Shown: positions 9,468 to 18,139 of the stretch, one piece after another
How positions within the stretch are numbered: position 1 is the stretch's first letter
Layout of the letters: the number at the start of each line of letters is the position of its first letter
DNA from: Clostridia bacterium
Lineage (GTDB): Bacteria > Bacillota > Clostridia > Oscillospirales > CAG-272
Reading direction: 5' to 3'
NCBI GenBank assembly: GCA_017456545.1
Contig: JAFTJE010000033.1
Span: 3,793-67,792, forward strand
DNA: 64,000 bases
The notes under the pieces: model-generated
Databases searched by the model: none
What the model was told of the DNA's origin: nothing
What the model saw: only the letters and a program-made list of their open reading frames with translations
Translations under genes and position numbers: made by a program

Positions 9468-11690
9468 ATGAAAAAAAAGCGAAAATCCATTTGGAAATTT
9501 TTTCTCGTAATATCTCTTGCTTTGATATTATTATCAGTATTTTCTGTTATAGTAATTAATGCAAATCTGGATAAAAATATAGATTTGACTCTTTTAAGAC
9601 CGGGAACCACATCCATAACACGAATATACTACTATGACAAGGATATTTACGGAAATCCTGTGGGTGAGGCACGGGAGCTTACAGAAGAACAAATTTTTTT
9701 AGGAAAAAGCGAATGGCGTTCATATTATGATATGCCATCCGACTTAGTAAATGCTTTTATTGCTGTTGAGGACCATAGATTTTATAAGCATAATGGAGTT
9801 GATTGGTTAAGAACCTTAAAAGCAGCCGCTAACTATATTATTAAACTAGGTAAGACAGAATTTGGAGGTTCTACTATAACACAACAGCTTGTAAAAAACA
9901 TTACAGGAGATAACAGGCAAACCCCAAAAAGAAAAATCGAAGAAATAATTAGAGCACTCAATATAGAAAAGCACGCAGGAAAGCACCAGATACTTGAAAT
10001 GTATTTGAATATTGTATATCTTTCTCAGAATTGTTATGGAATATGCTCAGCGTCAAGAACATATTTCGGTAAGGAACCCGAGGAGCTTACATTAGCCGAA
10101 TGTGCATCTTTGGCATCAATAGTTAAAAGCCCAACTAAATATGACCCATATAAATATCCCGAAAACAACTATAAACGAAGAAAAATTGTTCTTTCTGAAA
10201 TGTTAGAGCACGGTATGATTAATGAAGAGGAATATAATATAGCATTATCAGAGGAGCTTAAAATTAATAGCAATATAGAGCAGGAAAATAACAGTGGTAT
10301 TTTCTCCTGGTATACAGAGGCATTGATTGACGATATTACTAACGATCTTATGTTACAATATAATCTCAGCCATGAGGGTGCTAATATGCTCCTGTATAAA
10401 GGAGGATTAAAAATCTATTCTCCAATTGAACCAAATGTACAAAAAATAGCCGAGCAAGTCTTTAGGGGTTATCAGGCTTATTTAGATATACAAAACGGAG
10501 AATATCCTCAAGCATCCTGTGTTGTAATCAATCCGTACACAGGAGATATTGTTGCACTTGTTGGGGGTACAGGTGAAAAGGAAGGGAACAGAATATTAAA
10601 CAGGGCTACAAATATAAAACGACCATTGGGCTCGGTAATAAAGCCTTTATCCGTTTATGCTCCCGCAATTGAAAGGGGCATATTAAGCTATTCAACAGTA
10701 TTTGATGATGTACCCATACTGACCGAAGATGGTCCATGGCCCAAAAACTCGCCCGATGTATATCATGGTCTTACCGATCTTGAATATGCAGTATCTCGTT
10801 CACTTAATACCTATTCAGTTTTGGGTCTGAGAGCTTTGGGTGTGGATAATTCCTTTAATTTTCTTAAAAATGAATTAGGCTTTGTAAATCTTACAAATGA
10901 CGATAAAAATGAGGCTCCATTGGCTTTAGGACAGCTTACAAACGGAGAAAGCTTGAGAACAGTTACCTCATCGTATGCTATGATGCAAAACGGAGGATAT
11001 GTGTCAAATGCAAGAACATACTATAAGGTAACAGATAGCTTTGGAAATAATATACTTGAAAACGAAAAAAATTATAAGAAGGTTATATCCGAAGAAACTG
11101 CTTCTGTAATGAATAATTTGTTATCAAGCGTAACAAGGGAAGGAACGGCAAGAAATACAATAATCAAGAATGTCTTGCCAGTGGCAGGAAAAACAGGAAC
11201 CACAGGTAATTCATATGATAAATGGTTTGTTGGATATACACCGTATTATGTATGTGGGGTTTGGGTAGGCTTTGATACACCTCAAAGTATTGTTCAAAAC
11301 GGAAAGAGCCCTGCTGTTACACTTTTTGATGCTATTATGTCAGAAGCTCACAAAAATAAAAATACCGATGTACTGTTATTCTCATCCGGAAATGTTATTA
11401 AGGTACAGTATTGCAGAGATTCCGGTAAGCTCGTATGTGATAATTGTAGATTAGATCCCAGATTGAACAGAATTAATACAGGATATTTCATCAAAGGAAC
11501 AGAGCCTACAGATATCTGTCATCTTCATAAAAAAATATATATCGATCCATTAACCGGTATGCTTTCAAATGATAATACTTCACAATTTATAAGGCGAAAA
11601 ATTGCCTTGCTGGATTATAGCAGAGCACTGAATTTGACGGATATTGAAATCCTTGACGAAAGGTTTACTATAAGGTCAAGAACACGGTAA
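9468..11690 (+). CDS. Class A penicillin-binding protein (transglycosylase/transpeptidase, PBP1A type)
   Basis: Has an N-terminal TM segment, GT51 motifs (EDHRFYKHNGVD, GGSTITQQL), and transpeptidase motifs (SVIKP as SxxK, and KTGTT). Confidence 0.9.
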   Translation: MKKKRKSIWKFFLVISLALILLSVFSVIVINANLDKNIDLTLLRPGTTSITRIYYYDKDIYGNPVGEARELTEEQIFLGKSEWRSYYDMPSDLVNAFIAVEDHRFYKHNGVDWLRTLKAAANYIIKLGKTEFGGSTITQQLVKNITGDNRQTPKRKIEEIIRALNIEKHAGKHQILEMYLNIVYLSQNCYGICSASRTYFGKEPEELTLAECASLASIVKSPTKYDPYKYPENNYKRRKIVLSEMLEHGMINEEEYNIALSEELKINSNIEQENNSGIFSWYTEALIDDITNDLMLQYNLSHEGANMLLYKGGLKIYSPIEPNVQKIAEQVFRGYQAYLDIQNGEYPQASCVVINPYTGDIVALVGGTGEKEGNRILNRATNIKRPLGSVIKPLSVYAPAIERGILSYSTVFDDVPILTEDGPWPKNSPDVYHGLTDLEYAVSRSLNTYSVLGLRALGVDNSFNFLKNELGFVNLTNDDKNEAPLALGQLTNGESLRTVTSSYAMMQNGGYVSNARTYYKVTDSFGNNILENEKNYKKVISEETASVMNNLLSSVTREGTARNTIIKNVLPVAGKTGTTGNSYDKWFVGYTPYYVCGVWVGFDTPQSIVQNGKSPAVTLFDAIMSEAHKNKNTDVLLFSSGNVIKVQYCRDSGKLVCDNCRLDPRLNRINTGYFIKGTEPTDICHLHKKIYIDPLTGMLSNDNTSQFIRRKIALLDYSRALNLTDIEILDERFTIRSRTR

Positions 11691-11790
11691 AAAAACGGCA
11701 ATAATTTTTGTGCATTGTAATTATAAATTCCCCATTAATTTATGATTTTTTATGATATATTCCGAATCTGAAAAAATTAAAAAAACTGTA

Positions 11791-11819
11791 TTGACATTTG
11801 ATTTTTTTGTGAGTATAAT
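11791..11819 (+). promoter_or_regulatory. Sigma-A-type promoter for the HPr-like gene
   Basis: TTGACA, a 17-nt spacer, then TATAAT. Both hexamers match consensus exactly. Confidence 0.6.
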
Positions 11820-11850
11820 GTTAAAAAAATTTAATGAAAGGGAGAATATT

Positions 11851-12081
11851 ATGAAGACATGTCAGATTAAACTCGCCTCAATTCTTGATGTAAGAGAGTT
11901 TGTAGAAATCGTAACAAAGTACGATATTGAAATTGACTTGTGCAGTGGTAGATATGTAGTTGACGCTAAATCTATTATGGGTATTTTCAGCCTTGATTTG
12001 ATGAATGCAATTACATTAACAGCACATACTGACAATACAGATAAGCTTTTCACAGAATTGAGCAGATTTATGGTTAAATAA
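11851..12081 (+). CDS. HPr-fold protein lacking the His15 active-site motif (Crh-like)
   Basis: The start is moved to ATG 11851, behind GGGAGA. DAKSIMGIFSL matches the HPr Ser46 region. The N-terminus lacks the GxHARPA motif. Confidence 0.6.
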   Translation: MKTCQIKLASILDVREFVEIVTKYDIEIDLCSGRYVVDAKSIMGIFSLDLMNAITLTAHTDNTDKLFTELSRFMVK

Positions 12082-12084
12082 AGA

Positions 12085-12120
12085 AAAAGGACTATCCTGA
12101 TAACCGGATAGTCCTTTTCC
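12085..12120 (+). terminator. Rho-independent terminator
   Basis: The arm aaaaggactatcc pairs with ggatagtcctttt. Confidence 0.8.
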
Positions 12121-12196
12121 TTGTATTATGTGTTGAAATTTTTATAAATATGTGTTAAAATATAATATATTTTAGAATATAATAAGAGAGGGGAAT

Positions 12197-12493
12197 ATGA
12201 GAAAAATTATTTCAATTGTTTTATTACTTGTAATATTTTTAGCCTCTTGCAGCGATATCCCCGGACACGGAGATATCCCTCTGGAAAATAGTGAGCTTTG
12301 CACCACAGGAGAACCAAGGGAGCCGACATCTTATGTATTTATACTGAATATGTCCACCAAAAAATTTCACCTCCGGAATTGTAAATACGCTATAAACATC
12401 CGTGAAGAGAACAGAATCGAAACCGATGATATACAGTACATATATTCTCTTGATTATAAGCCATGTTCAATTTGTGACCCTGACAGATATTAA
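12197..12493 (+). CDS. Small lipoprotein with a C-terminal H-x3-C...C-x2-C motif
   Basis: Has a signal peptide with lipobox LASC, and a C-terminus KKFHLRNCKY..DYKPCSICDP. A GAGAGGGG ribosome-binding site precedes the ATG. Confidence 0.6.
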   Translation: MRKIISIVLLLVIFLASCSDIPGHGDIPLENSELCTTGEPREPTSYVFILNMSTKKFHLRNCKYAINIREENRIETDDIQYIYSLDYKPCSICDPDRY

Positions 12494-12529
12494 TGCCGTA
12501 TGTAACTTTATTTACATCGGCATTTTTTT
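12493..12529 (+). terminator. Rho-independent terminator
   Basis: The arm atgccgtatgtaa pairs with ttacatcggcat with one bulge, followed by a T-run. Confidence 0.7.
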
Positions 12530-12565
12530 ATATTATCCGGAATAAGATTATTTCGAGGTGATATT

Positions 12566-13714
12566 ATGATAAATAAAACAAAAATAGCAATCATATTTTT
12601 ATTGATTATTTTATGCATACCACTAAATGTATACGCTATGGATGTAAATAGCAATGAGTTAGAAATCAATGCTAAAAGTGTTGTACTTATGGATGCAAAC
12701 ACCGGTACTGTTTTGTATGAGAAAAACAAAGATGAGAAGCTTCCTCCCGCTTCTGTTACTAAGATAATGACTTTATTATTGGTATTCGAAGCATTGGATG
12801 AGGGAAGAATAAAGCTGGATGATATGGTAACAGTAAGTGAAAACGCTGCTTCAATGGGAGGCTCACAGATTTTTCTTGAGCCAGGAGAGCAAATGTGCGT
12901 TGAAGATCTAATTAAAAGCGTGGTAATAGCATCTGCTAATGACGGTGCCGTTGCTCTTGCAGAATATGTGGGAGGAAGCGAGGAATCCTTCGTATATATG
13001 ATGAACAAAAGAGCTCGGGAGCTTGGTATGACAAATACTTTTTTTGAAAATGCTACCGGGCTTGATGATGATACATCATTGCATCTTACTACAGCCTACG
13101 ATATTGCTCTTATGTCTCAGGAACTGTTAAAGCATGAAAAAATTACAGATTATACAACTATATGGATGGATACTGTAAGAAACGGAGAATTCGGGCTTTC
13201 AAATACTAATAAGCTAATCAGATTTTACAGAGGAGCAACCGGATTAAAAACAGGATCAACCTCTAAAGCAGGATTTTGCATCAGTGCTACTGCAAAAAGA
13301 GATGGCTTACACCTTATATCCGTAATAATGGGCTCAGATACATCACAGATAAGAAATGCAACCGCAGTAAAGCTTTTAGACTATGGCTTTGCAAGATATG
13401 AAATTTATAATAATGCAAATACTGAGCTTGACCCAGTTTCTGTAAGTAATGGAAAGACAGATTATGTAAATGTAAAGCATGATGGATATGACATTTTAAT
13501 TCCCAAGGGAAAGGGATCAAACATTGAGAAAGAAATTAAACTTAATGAAAATATCAAAGCACCCTTAAAAAATGGTGATGTTGTTGGAAGTATAATATAT
13601 AAGCTTGATGGAGAAATTATAGGTGAGGATAATATATATTGTACTGAAAGCGTAGAGAAGATTGATTTTATCTGGTATATATCTTCCGTATTCAAAAAAT
13701 TTGTATTAAATTGA
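12566..13714 (+). CDS. D-alanyl-D-alanine carboxypeptidase (S11, PBP5/DacB-like)
   Basis: Has a signal peptide, SVTK (SxxK), SANDG (SxN) and KTGST (KTG), plus a C-terminal membrane-anchor-like tail. Confidence 0.85.
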   Translation: MINKTKIAIIFLLIILCIPLNVYAMDVNSNELEINAKSVVLMDANTGTVLYEKNKDEKLPPASVTKIMTLLLVFEALDEGRIKLDDMVTVSENAASMGGSQIFLEPGEQMCVEDLIKSVVIASANDGAVALAEYVGGSEESFVYMMNKRARELGMTNTFFENATGLDDDTSLHLTTAYDIALMSQELLKHEKITDYTTIWMDTVRNGEFGLSNTNKLIRFYRGATGLKTGSTSKAGFCISATAKRDGLHLISVIMGSDTSQIRNATAVKLLDYGFARYEIYNNANTELDPVSVSNGKTDYVNVKHDGYDILIPKGKGSNIEKEIKLNENIKAPLKNGDVVGSIIYKLDGEIIGEDNIYCTESVEKIDFIWYISSVFKKFVLN

Positions 13715-13800
13715 TAAAAAGTGTTGAATTTTCCATATTTTTATAGTATTATATAGAGGTATTAAAAAACACAGGCATGTATAAACGGAGGAAATAAGAA

Positions 13801-15141
13801 ATGACATTATCATTAAATGAGAAATTTCTTAAAAATTATGTAACCGAGGAAGATATTAAAGATATCTCCGGAGAAATTTATAAAGCACAAACTACTCTTA
13901 CAGAGAAATCGGGAGCAGGTAACGCTTTCTTAGGATGGCTTGATCTTCCTGAAAATTACGACAAGGAAGAATTTGCAAGAATTAAGAAAGCTGCAGAAAA
14001 AATTCGTAAATCCTGTGATGTTTTCGTGGTTATTGGTATTGGTGGCTCTTATCTTGGAGCAAGAGCAGCTATCGAATTTATCAGAACACCTTACTATAAC
14101 AATCTTAAGAAAAAGGAAACACCGGATATCTATTTTGCAGGTAATTCCATAAGCTCATCAGCTCTTGCAAACATTTTGAGAATTTGTGAAGGAAGAGATA
14201 TATGCGTAAATGTCGTTTCTAAATCTGGTACAACAACAGAGCCTGCTGTTGCTTTCCGTGTATTCAGAGACCTTCTTGAGAAAAAATACGGTAAGGACGG
14301 AGCAAGAGAGAGAATTTTTGCAACAACAGACAAAGCGAAGGGTACTCTTAAGAGCTTTTCCAATGATATGGGATATGAGACCTTTGTAGTTCCCGATGAT
14401 GTAGGTGGAAGATTCTCAGTTCTTACTGCCGTTGGACTTTTGCCAATTGCGGTTGCCGGCGTTGATATTGACGCTATGATGGAGGGTGCCCGTGATTCTA
14501 TGCTTGCCTGTGAAAAGAAGGATGTAAATGATAACAATGCGTTACGATATGCAGCTATCAGAAATATCCTGTACCGTAAGAGCAAGACAACTGAAATGCT
14601 TGTAGCATATGAACCCTGTGCACAGATGTTCTGTGAGTGGTGGAAGCAGTTATACGGTGAGAGTGAGGGTAAAGATGGAAAGGGTATATTCCCATCATCA
14701 GCAATCTTCTCAACGGACCTCCATTCTCTCGGTCAGTATATTCAGGATGGACCCCGTCATATGTTTGAGACTGTTCTTGATATCAAGGAGTCAAAGGATA
14801 CTGTTATAATTCCCCATGACCCTGACAATATCGATAAACTTAATTTCTTGTCCGGCAAGGAGCTTCATTATGTAAATCAGACAGCTATGCTCGGTACATT
14901 ATTTGCCCACTCTGACGGTAAGGTTCCCAATCTTGTTATTGAGCTTAAAAACAGAAGTTCATATTCCTTTGGTTATATGGCATATTTCTTTGAGTATGCA
15001 TGTGCTGTATCAGGATACACTCTCAAGGTTAACCCCTTTAATCAGCCCGGTGTTGAAAGCTACAAGAAAAATATGTTTGCACTCCTCGGCAAGGAAGGAT
15101 ATGAGAATTTAAGAAAAGAGCTTCTTGACAGAATGCAATAA
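13801..15141 (+). CDS. pgi: Glucose-6-phosphate isomerase
   Basis: Firmicute-type PGI of 446 aa: [39 protein letters not shown]. Confidence 0.95.
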   Translation: MTLSLNEKFLKNYVTEEDIKDISGEIYKAQTTLTEKSGAGNAFLGWLDLPENYDKEEFARIKKAAEKIRKSCDVFVVIGIGGSYLGARAAIEFIRTPYYNNLKKKETPDIYFAGNSISSSALANILRICEGRDICVNVVSKSGTTTEPAVAFRVFRDLLEKKYGKDGARERIFATTDKAKGTLKSFSNDMGYETFVVPDDVGGRFSVLTAVGLLPIAVAGVDIDAMMEGARDSMLACEKKDVNDNNALRYAAIRNILYRKSKTTEMLVAYEPCAQMFCEWWKQLYGESEGKDGKGIFPSSAIFSTDLHSLGQYIQDGPRHMFETVLDIKESKDTVIIPHDPDNIDKLNFLSGKELHYVNQTAMLGTLFAHSDGKVPNLVIELKNRSSYSFGYMAYFFEYACAVSGYTLKVNPFNQPGVESYKKNMFALLGKEGYENLRKELLDRMQ

Positions 15142-15146
15142 TATGT

Positions 15147-15179
15147 AATCGGCTACTTTTTTGTAGCCGATTTCTTTTA
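15147..15179 (+). terminator. Rho-independent terminator after pgi
   Basis: The arm aatcggctac pairs with gtagccgatt, followed by a T-rich tail. Confidence 0.8.
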
Positions 15180-15245
15180 TGCAATATATTCAACAATTTA
15201 TAGATAAATTTTCAGTAAAAAGTTATATATTTTTCACAAAAAGTA

Positions 15246-15274
15246 TTGATTTTTTATGCTGTATAAGGTATAAT
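15246..15274 (+). promoter_or_regulatory. Sigma-A-type promoter
   Basis: TTGATT, a 17-nt spacer, then TATAAT. Confidence 0.55.
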
Positions 15275-15308
15275 TTAGTTACAAACTATATTTTGGAGGA
15301 TTAATAAT

Positions 15309-15716
15309 ATGGTTAAACTTATTATTGGTGTTAAAGGCACAGGTAAAACAAAAGCACTTATTGAAATGATCAATGCAGCACTTGATAGTACAAAGGGTTC
15401 TGTTGTGTGTATCGAAAAGGGTACTAACCTTCAGCTTACCTTAAATTATAATTGTAGACTTATCAATTCCGATGAATATATGGTTTCCAATGCCAGTGAG
15501 CTTTACGGCTTTATTGCAGGACTTTTGGCAAGTAATCATGATATTACCGATTTATTTATTGATGCTACTTATAGAATCTGTCAGAGGGATGCAGCTGCAT
15601 TTGATAAGTTTGTTGATGAGGTTGATGAGCTTTCCTCTAAGTACGGTATGAATGTTGTGATGACAGTTTCTATGCCTACAGAAAACATTACAGATACAAT
15701 GAAAAAGTATCTTTAA
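15309..15716 (+). CDS. Small stand-alone P-loop NTPase-like protein (135 aa), function unknown
   Basis: Has Walker A-like GVKGTGKT at residues 7-14 and Walker B-like DLFIDA. A GGAGG ribosome-binding site is present. The gene has its own promoter and terminator. Confidence 0.5.
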   Translation: MVKLIIGVKGTGKTKALIEMINAALDSTKGSVVCIEKGTNLQLTLNYNCRLINSDEYMVSNASELYGFIAGLLASNHDITDLFIDATYRICQRDAAAFDKFVDEVDELSSKYGMNVVMTVSMPTENITDTMKKYL

Positions 15717-15730
15717 TTTATAAATATCCA

Positions 15731-15757
15731 ACGAGAGCAGAGATGCTCTCGTTTTTT
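15731..15757 (+). terminator. Rho-independent terminator
   Basis: The arm acgagagca pairs with tgctctcgt, followed by a T-run. Confidence 0.8.
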
Positions 15758-15758
15758 A

Positions 15759-15787
15759 TTGACTTTTTTTCTTTTGCATAGTAAAAT
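15759..15787 (+). promoter_or_regulatory. Sigma-A-type promoter for the GDPD gene
   Basis: TTGACT, a 17-nt spacer, then TAAAAT. Confidence 0.5.
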
Positions 15788-15819
15788 AGTCATATACTAA
15801 AGCAAATAAGAGGTTATAT

Positions 15820-16581
15820 ATGAGACTTACAAGAGACGATAGAATGTCAATAGCCGGTCATAGGGGTGACAGTTATAACTACTATGAAAATACAATGACA
15901 GCGTTCAAAAAAGCAGTAGATGAAGGGGCTGATATGATAGAAACCGATGTTCGTCTCACTAAGGATAATGTTCTTGTTATTATACATGACGAACGAGTGG
16001 ACAGAACAACAAACAGCAGAGGCAAGGTCTCGGAAATTTACTATGAGGATATCGCTGTTCTTAATGCAGGAGATAGCATTAATTATGAGAAGGTACCGAC
16101 CTTTAATGAATTTATATGTTGGGCATCTAAGGAAAATATTACTCTTAATATTGAAATTAAGGAGTATTACAGTGAAGAAAATTCAGAACGCTGTATAAAA
16201 TGTATTGAGAATATAATTGACTTAGTTGAGCAATTCAATATGACTAATAGAGTTGTATTAAACAGCTTTGATGCATGGGTGCTTGAATACATATATAAGA
16301 AATACGGTAAAAAATATCTTCTGCATGGTTTTTATCCCTATAATGAGATGTTTCATGTAAATATAGACCCTACAGAATATCTATACTGTGCATGTATATG
16401 GGAAATTGAAAATAAGGATATATATAAATACCTTTCCGAACATAATATCGAAATATGGGTTGGTGCGGGAGTTACTCAAATAAGTAAGTTGAAAATATGT
16501 ATCGAAAACGGTGCAAAGCTCATAACAACTAATAATCCCGGAGATATAAAAAACAAGCTTATAGCTATGGGAAAATATTAA
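15820..16581 (+). CDS. Glycerophosphodiester phosphodiesterase family protein
   Basis: Carries GDPD motifs: AGHRGDS..ENT and ETDVRLTKDNVLVIIHDERVDRTTN. Confidence 0.85.
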   Translation: MRLTRDDRMSIAGHRGDSYNYYENTMTAFKKAVDEGADMIETDVRLTKDNVLVIIHDERVDRTTNSRGKVSEIYYEDIAVLNAGDSINYEKVPTFNEFICWASKENITLNIEIKEYYSEENSERCIKCIENIIDLVEQFNMTNRVVLNSFDAWVLEYIYKKYGKKYLLHGFYPYNEMFHVNIDPTEYLYCACIWEIENKDIYKYLSEHNIEIWVGAGVTQISKLKICIENGAKLITTNNPGDIKNKLIAMGKY

Positions 16582-16606
16582 AAAGAACGCATATGCGTTC
16601 TTTTTT
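16581..16606 (+). terminator. Rho-independent terminator
   Basis: The arm aagaacgcat pairs with atgcgttctt, followed by a T-run. Confidence 0.8.
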
Positions 16607-16690
16607 ACATATAAAATGTCAAATTATGTAATATTGCATATGCTATTACAGAAGAGTAGTTTTTCTTCAATATTACAGGAGGTAGACATT

Positions 16691-17539
16691 ATGCCGGATA
16701 ACAGACTTTGTTCAAATCCTCACGGCAGAGAAAATATCTGTATTGACACATATAGAATCCTTGATTCATGTAGAGATAAGGATTGCTTTGAAAATGTCAA
16801 GGTATATCTTACGGATTTTGGAGAGGAGATAATTGAACGCACATCAACCATCAGGGCAACCTGCTCTAAGATTGTTTCCGCATATATTGATGTAAGCGAG
16901 GTTCCATTTAATAGAGGTTTTTATCAGCTTGATATCAAAATATATGTAAAAATATCCTTTGAAGCATGCTTGTCACAGGGAAACATACAGGAATTTGAAG
17001 GTATTGCAGTAGTCGAAAAGAAGGTAGTTCTTTTCGGTAGCGAGGGAAATGTAAATATATTCAAGAGTGAACCCGGAAAATCAGGCTTCTGTCCTGAGAT
17101 AAGCTGCGATTGCACAAGGACAAATAATCTTCCCATTGCAGTTATAGAAACTGTAGATCCAGTAGTACTTAATGTAAAGGTAGTTGAGCCGCATGTATTT
17201 CCTTGCTGCTGCTGTTGCTGTTTGGATGATATTCCCGAATATGTTACAAACAGTGTACACGGAAAGCTTTGCGAAAGAGAAGATAAAACTCTTGTTGTGT
17301 CTCTTGGATTTTTCTCAGTTGTGAGAATAGAACGCCCTGCACAGCTTCTTATAAATGCTGTTGAATGCTGTATTCCTGAGAAGGAATGTATTACAGCTCA
17401 GGAAAATGACCCATGTACATTATTCAAATCTATGGCATTTCCAGTAGATGAATTCTGTCCCCCTATGCTAAATAAATTCAGTAACGGATGCTCTCAACAG
17501 CCTGACAATCACGGTAAAGGGTCCTGTGGATGTCATTAA
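16691..17539 (+). CDS. Cysteine-rich protein (24 Cys in 282 aa, includes a CCCCCC run); possible spore coat/exosporium component
   Basis: The start is moved to ATG 16691, behind AGGAGG. The protein has no signal peptide. The spore-layer call is by analogy only, not homology. Confidence 0.45.
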   Translation: MPDNRLCSNPHGRENICIDTYRILDSCRDKDCFENVKVYLTDFGEEIIERTSTIRATCSKIVSAYIDVSEVPFNRGFYQLDIKIYVKISFEACLSQGNIQEFEGIAVVEKKVVLFGSEGNVNIFKSEPGKSGFCPEISCDCTRTNNLPIAVIETVDPVVLNVKVVEPHVFPCCCCCCLDDIPEYVTNSVHGKLCEREDKTLVVSLGFFSVVRIERPAQLLINAVECCIPEKECITAQENDPCTLFKSMAFPVDEFCPPMLNKFSNGCSQQPDNHGKGSCGCH

Positions 17540-17550
17540 ATAAGTATAAT

Positions 17551-17580
17551 AAAAAAGGTGTTGAAATCAACACCTTTTTT
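17551..17580. terminator. Bidirectional terminator between convergent genes
   Basis: The arm aaggtgttga pairs with tcaacacctt, flanked by an A-run and a T-run. Confidence 0.8.
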
Positions 17581-18139
17581 ATTTCAGAGTTATAATTTTA
17601 TCAGCATATTTATTAGCTTCATCAATATTATGAGAAACAATTATGATAGTTTTACCATATAGTGTTTTGAATATAATAGGTAATAATCTGTTTTTAAGCT
17701 CTTCATCCAAAGCAGAGAAAGGTTCATCCATTATAAATATATCTCCATTGTAATACAATGCTCGACCAAGAGAAAGACGCATTTTCATTCCTCCCGACAG
17801 CTCGTAAGGATAAAGCTCAGCATCCTTATCAAGCTCAATAAGCTTTAATATATTATCTATAGAATCTGTGCACCCTTTTTCTACAAGCTCTATATTTTCC
17901 CTTACATTAAGCGAAGGAAAGAGCCGAGGTTCTTGAAAAACATAGCTGATTTTAGAGTTCAAGCTATCGATTTCACCGGTATAATCCTTGTCGAGACCTG
18001 CAATTATGCGTATTAGTGTTGTTTTACCACATCCGCTTTCTCCCATAATAAAGCTTATTTTACCATCAGGAATATTTATGGAGAAATTATCAAAAACAGT
18101 TTTTTTACCGAATTTTTTTGTTAAATTCTTAATCTCCAT
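17579..18139 (-). CDS. ABC transporter ATP-binding protein (NitT/TauT-like, compact 186 aa)
   Basis: Has Walker A GESGCGKT, signature LSGGMKMR, Walker B IFIMDEPFSALD, and H-loop VSHN. Confidence 0.85.
   Translation of the reverse strand: MEIKNLTKKFGKKTVFDNFSINIPDGKISFIMGESGCGKTTLIRIIAGLDKDYTGEIDSLNSKISYVFQEPRLFPSLNVRENIELVEKGCTDSIDNILKLIELDKDAELYPYELSGGMKMRLSLGRALYYNGDIFIMDEPFSALDEELKNRLLPIIFKTLYGKTIIIVSHNIDEANKYADKIITLK

Noticed and set aside
12508-13008. Other antisense ORFs of 150-166 aa lie opposite known genes: 12508-13008 opposite dacB, 14130-14585 opposite pgi, 25274-25759 opposite rpsP/KH, 31063-31545 opposite rhaA, 55941-56414 opposite dxr, and 57971-58420 opposite frr.
   Set aside because: All are embedded in confidently identified genes on the other strand. 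They lack ribosome-binding sites and promoters and have shadow-ORF composition. There is no independent support for any of them.
17204-17221. The (TGC)3-TGT-TGC-TGT repeat encoding the hexa-Cys run was considered as a possible phase-variation tract.
   Set aside because: It is a trinucleotide unit with only three perfect copies, and it is in frame. Slippage would only add or remove a Cys, not switch the gene off. It is too short for efficient slipped-strand mispairing.
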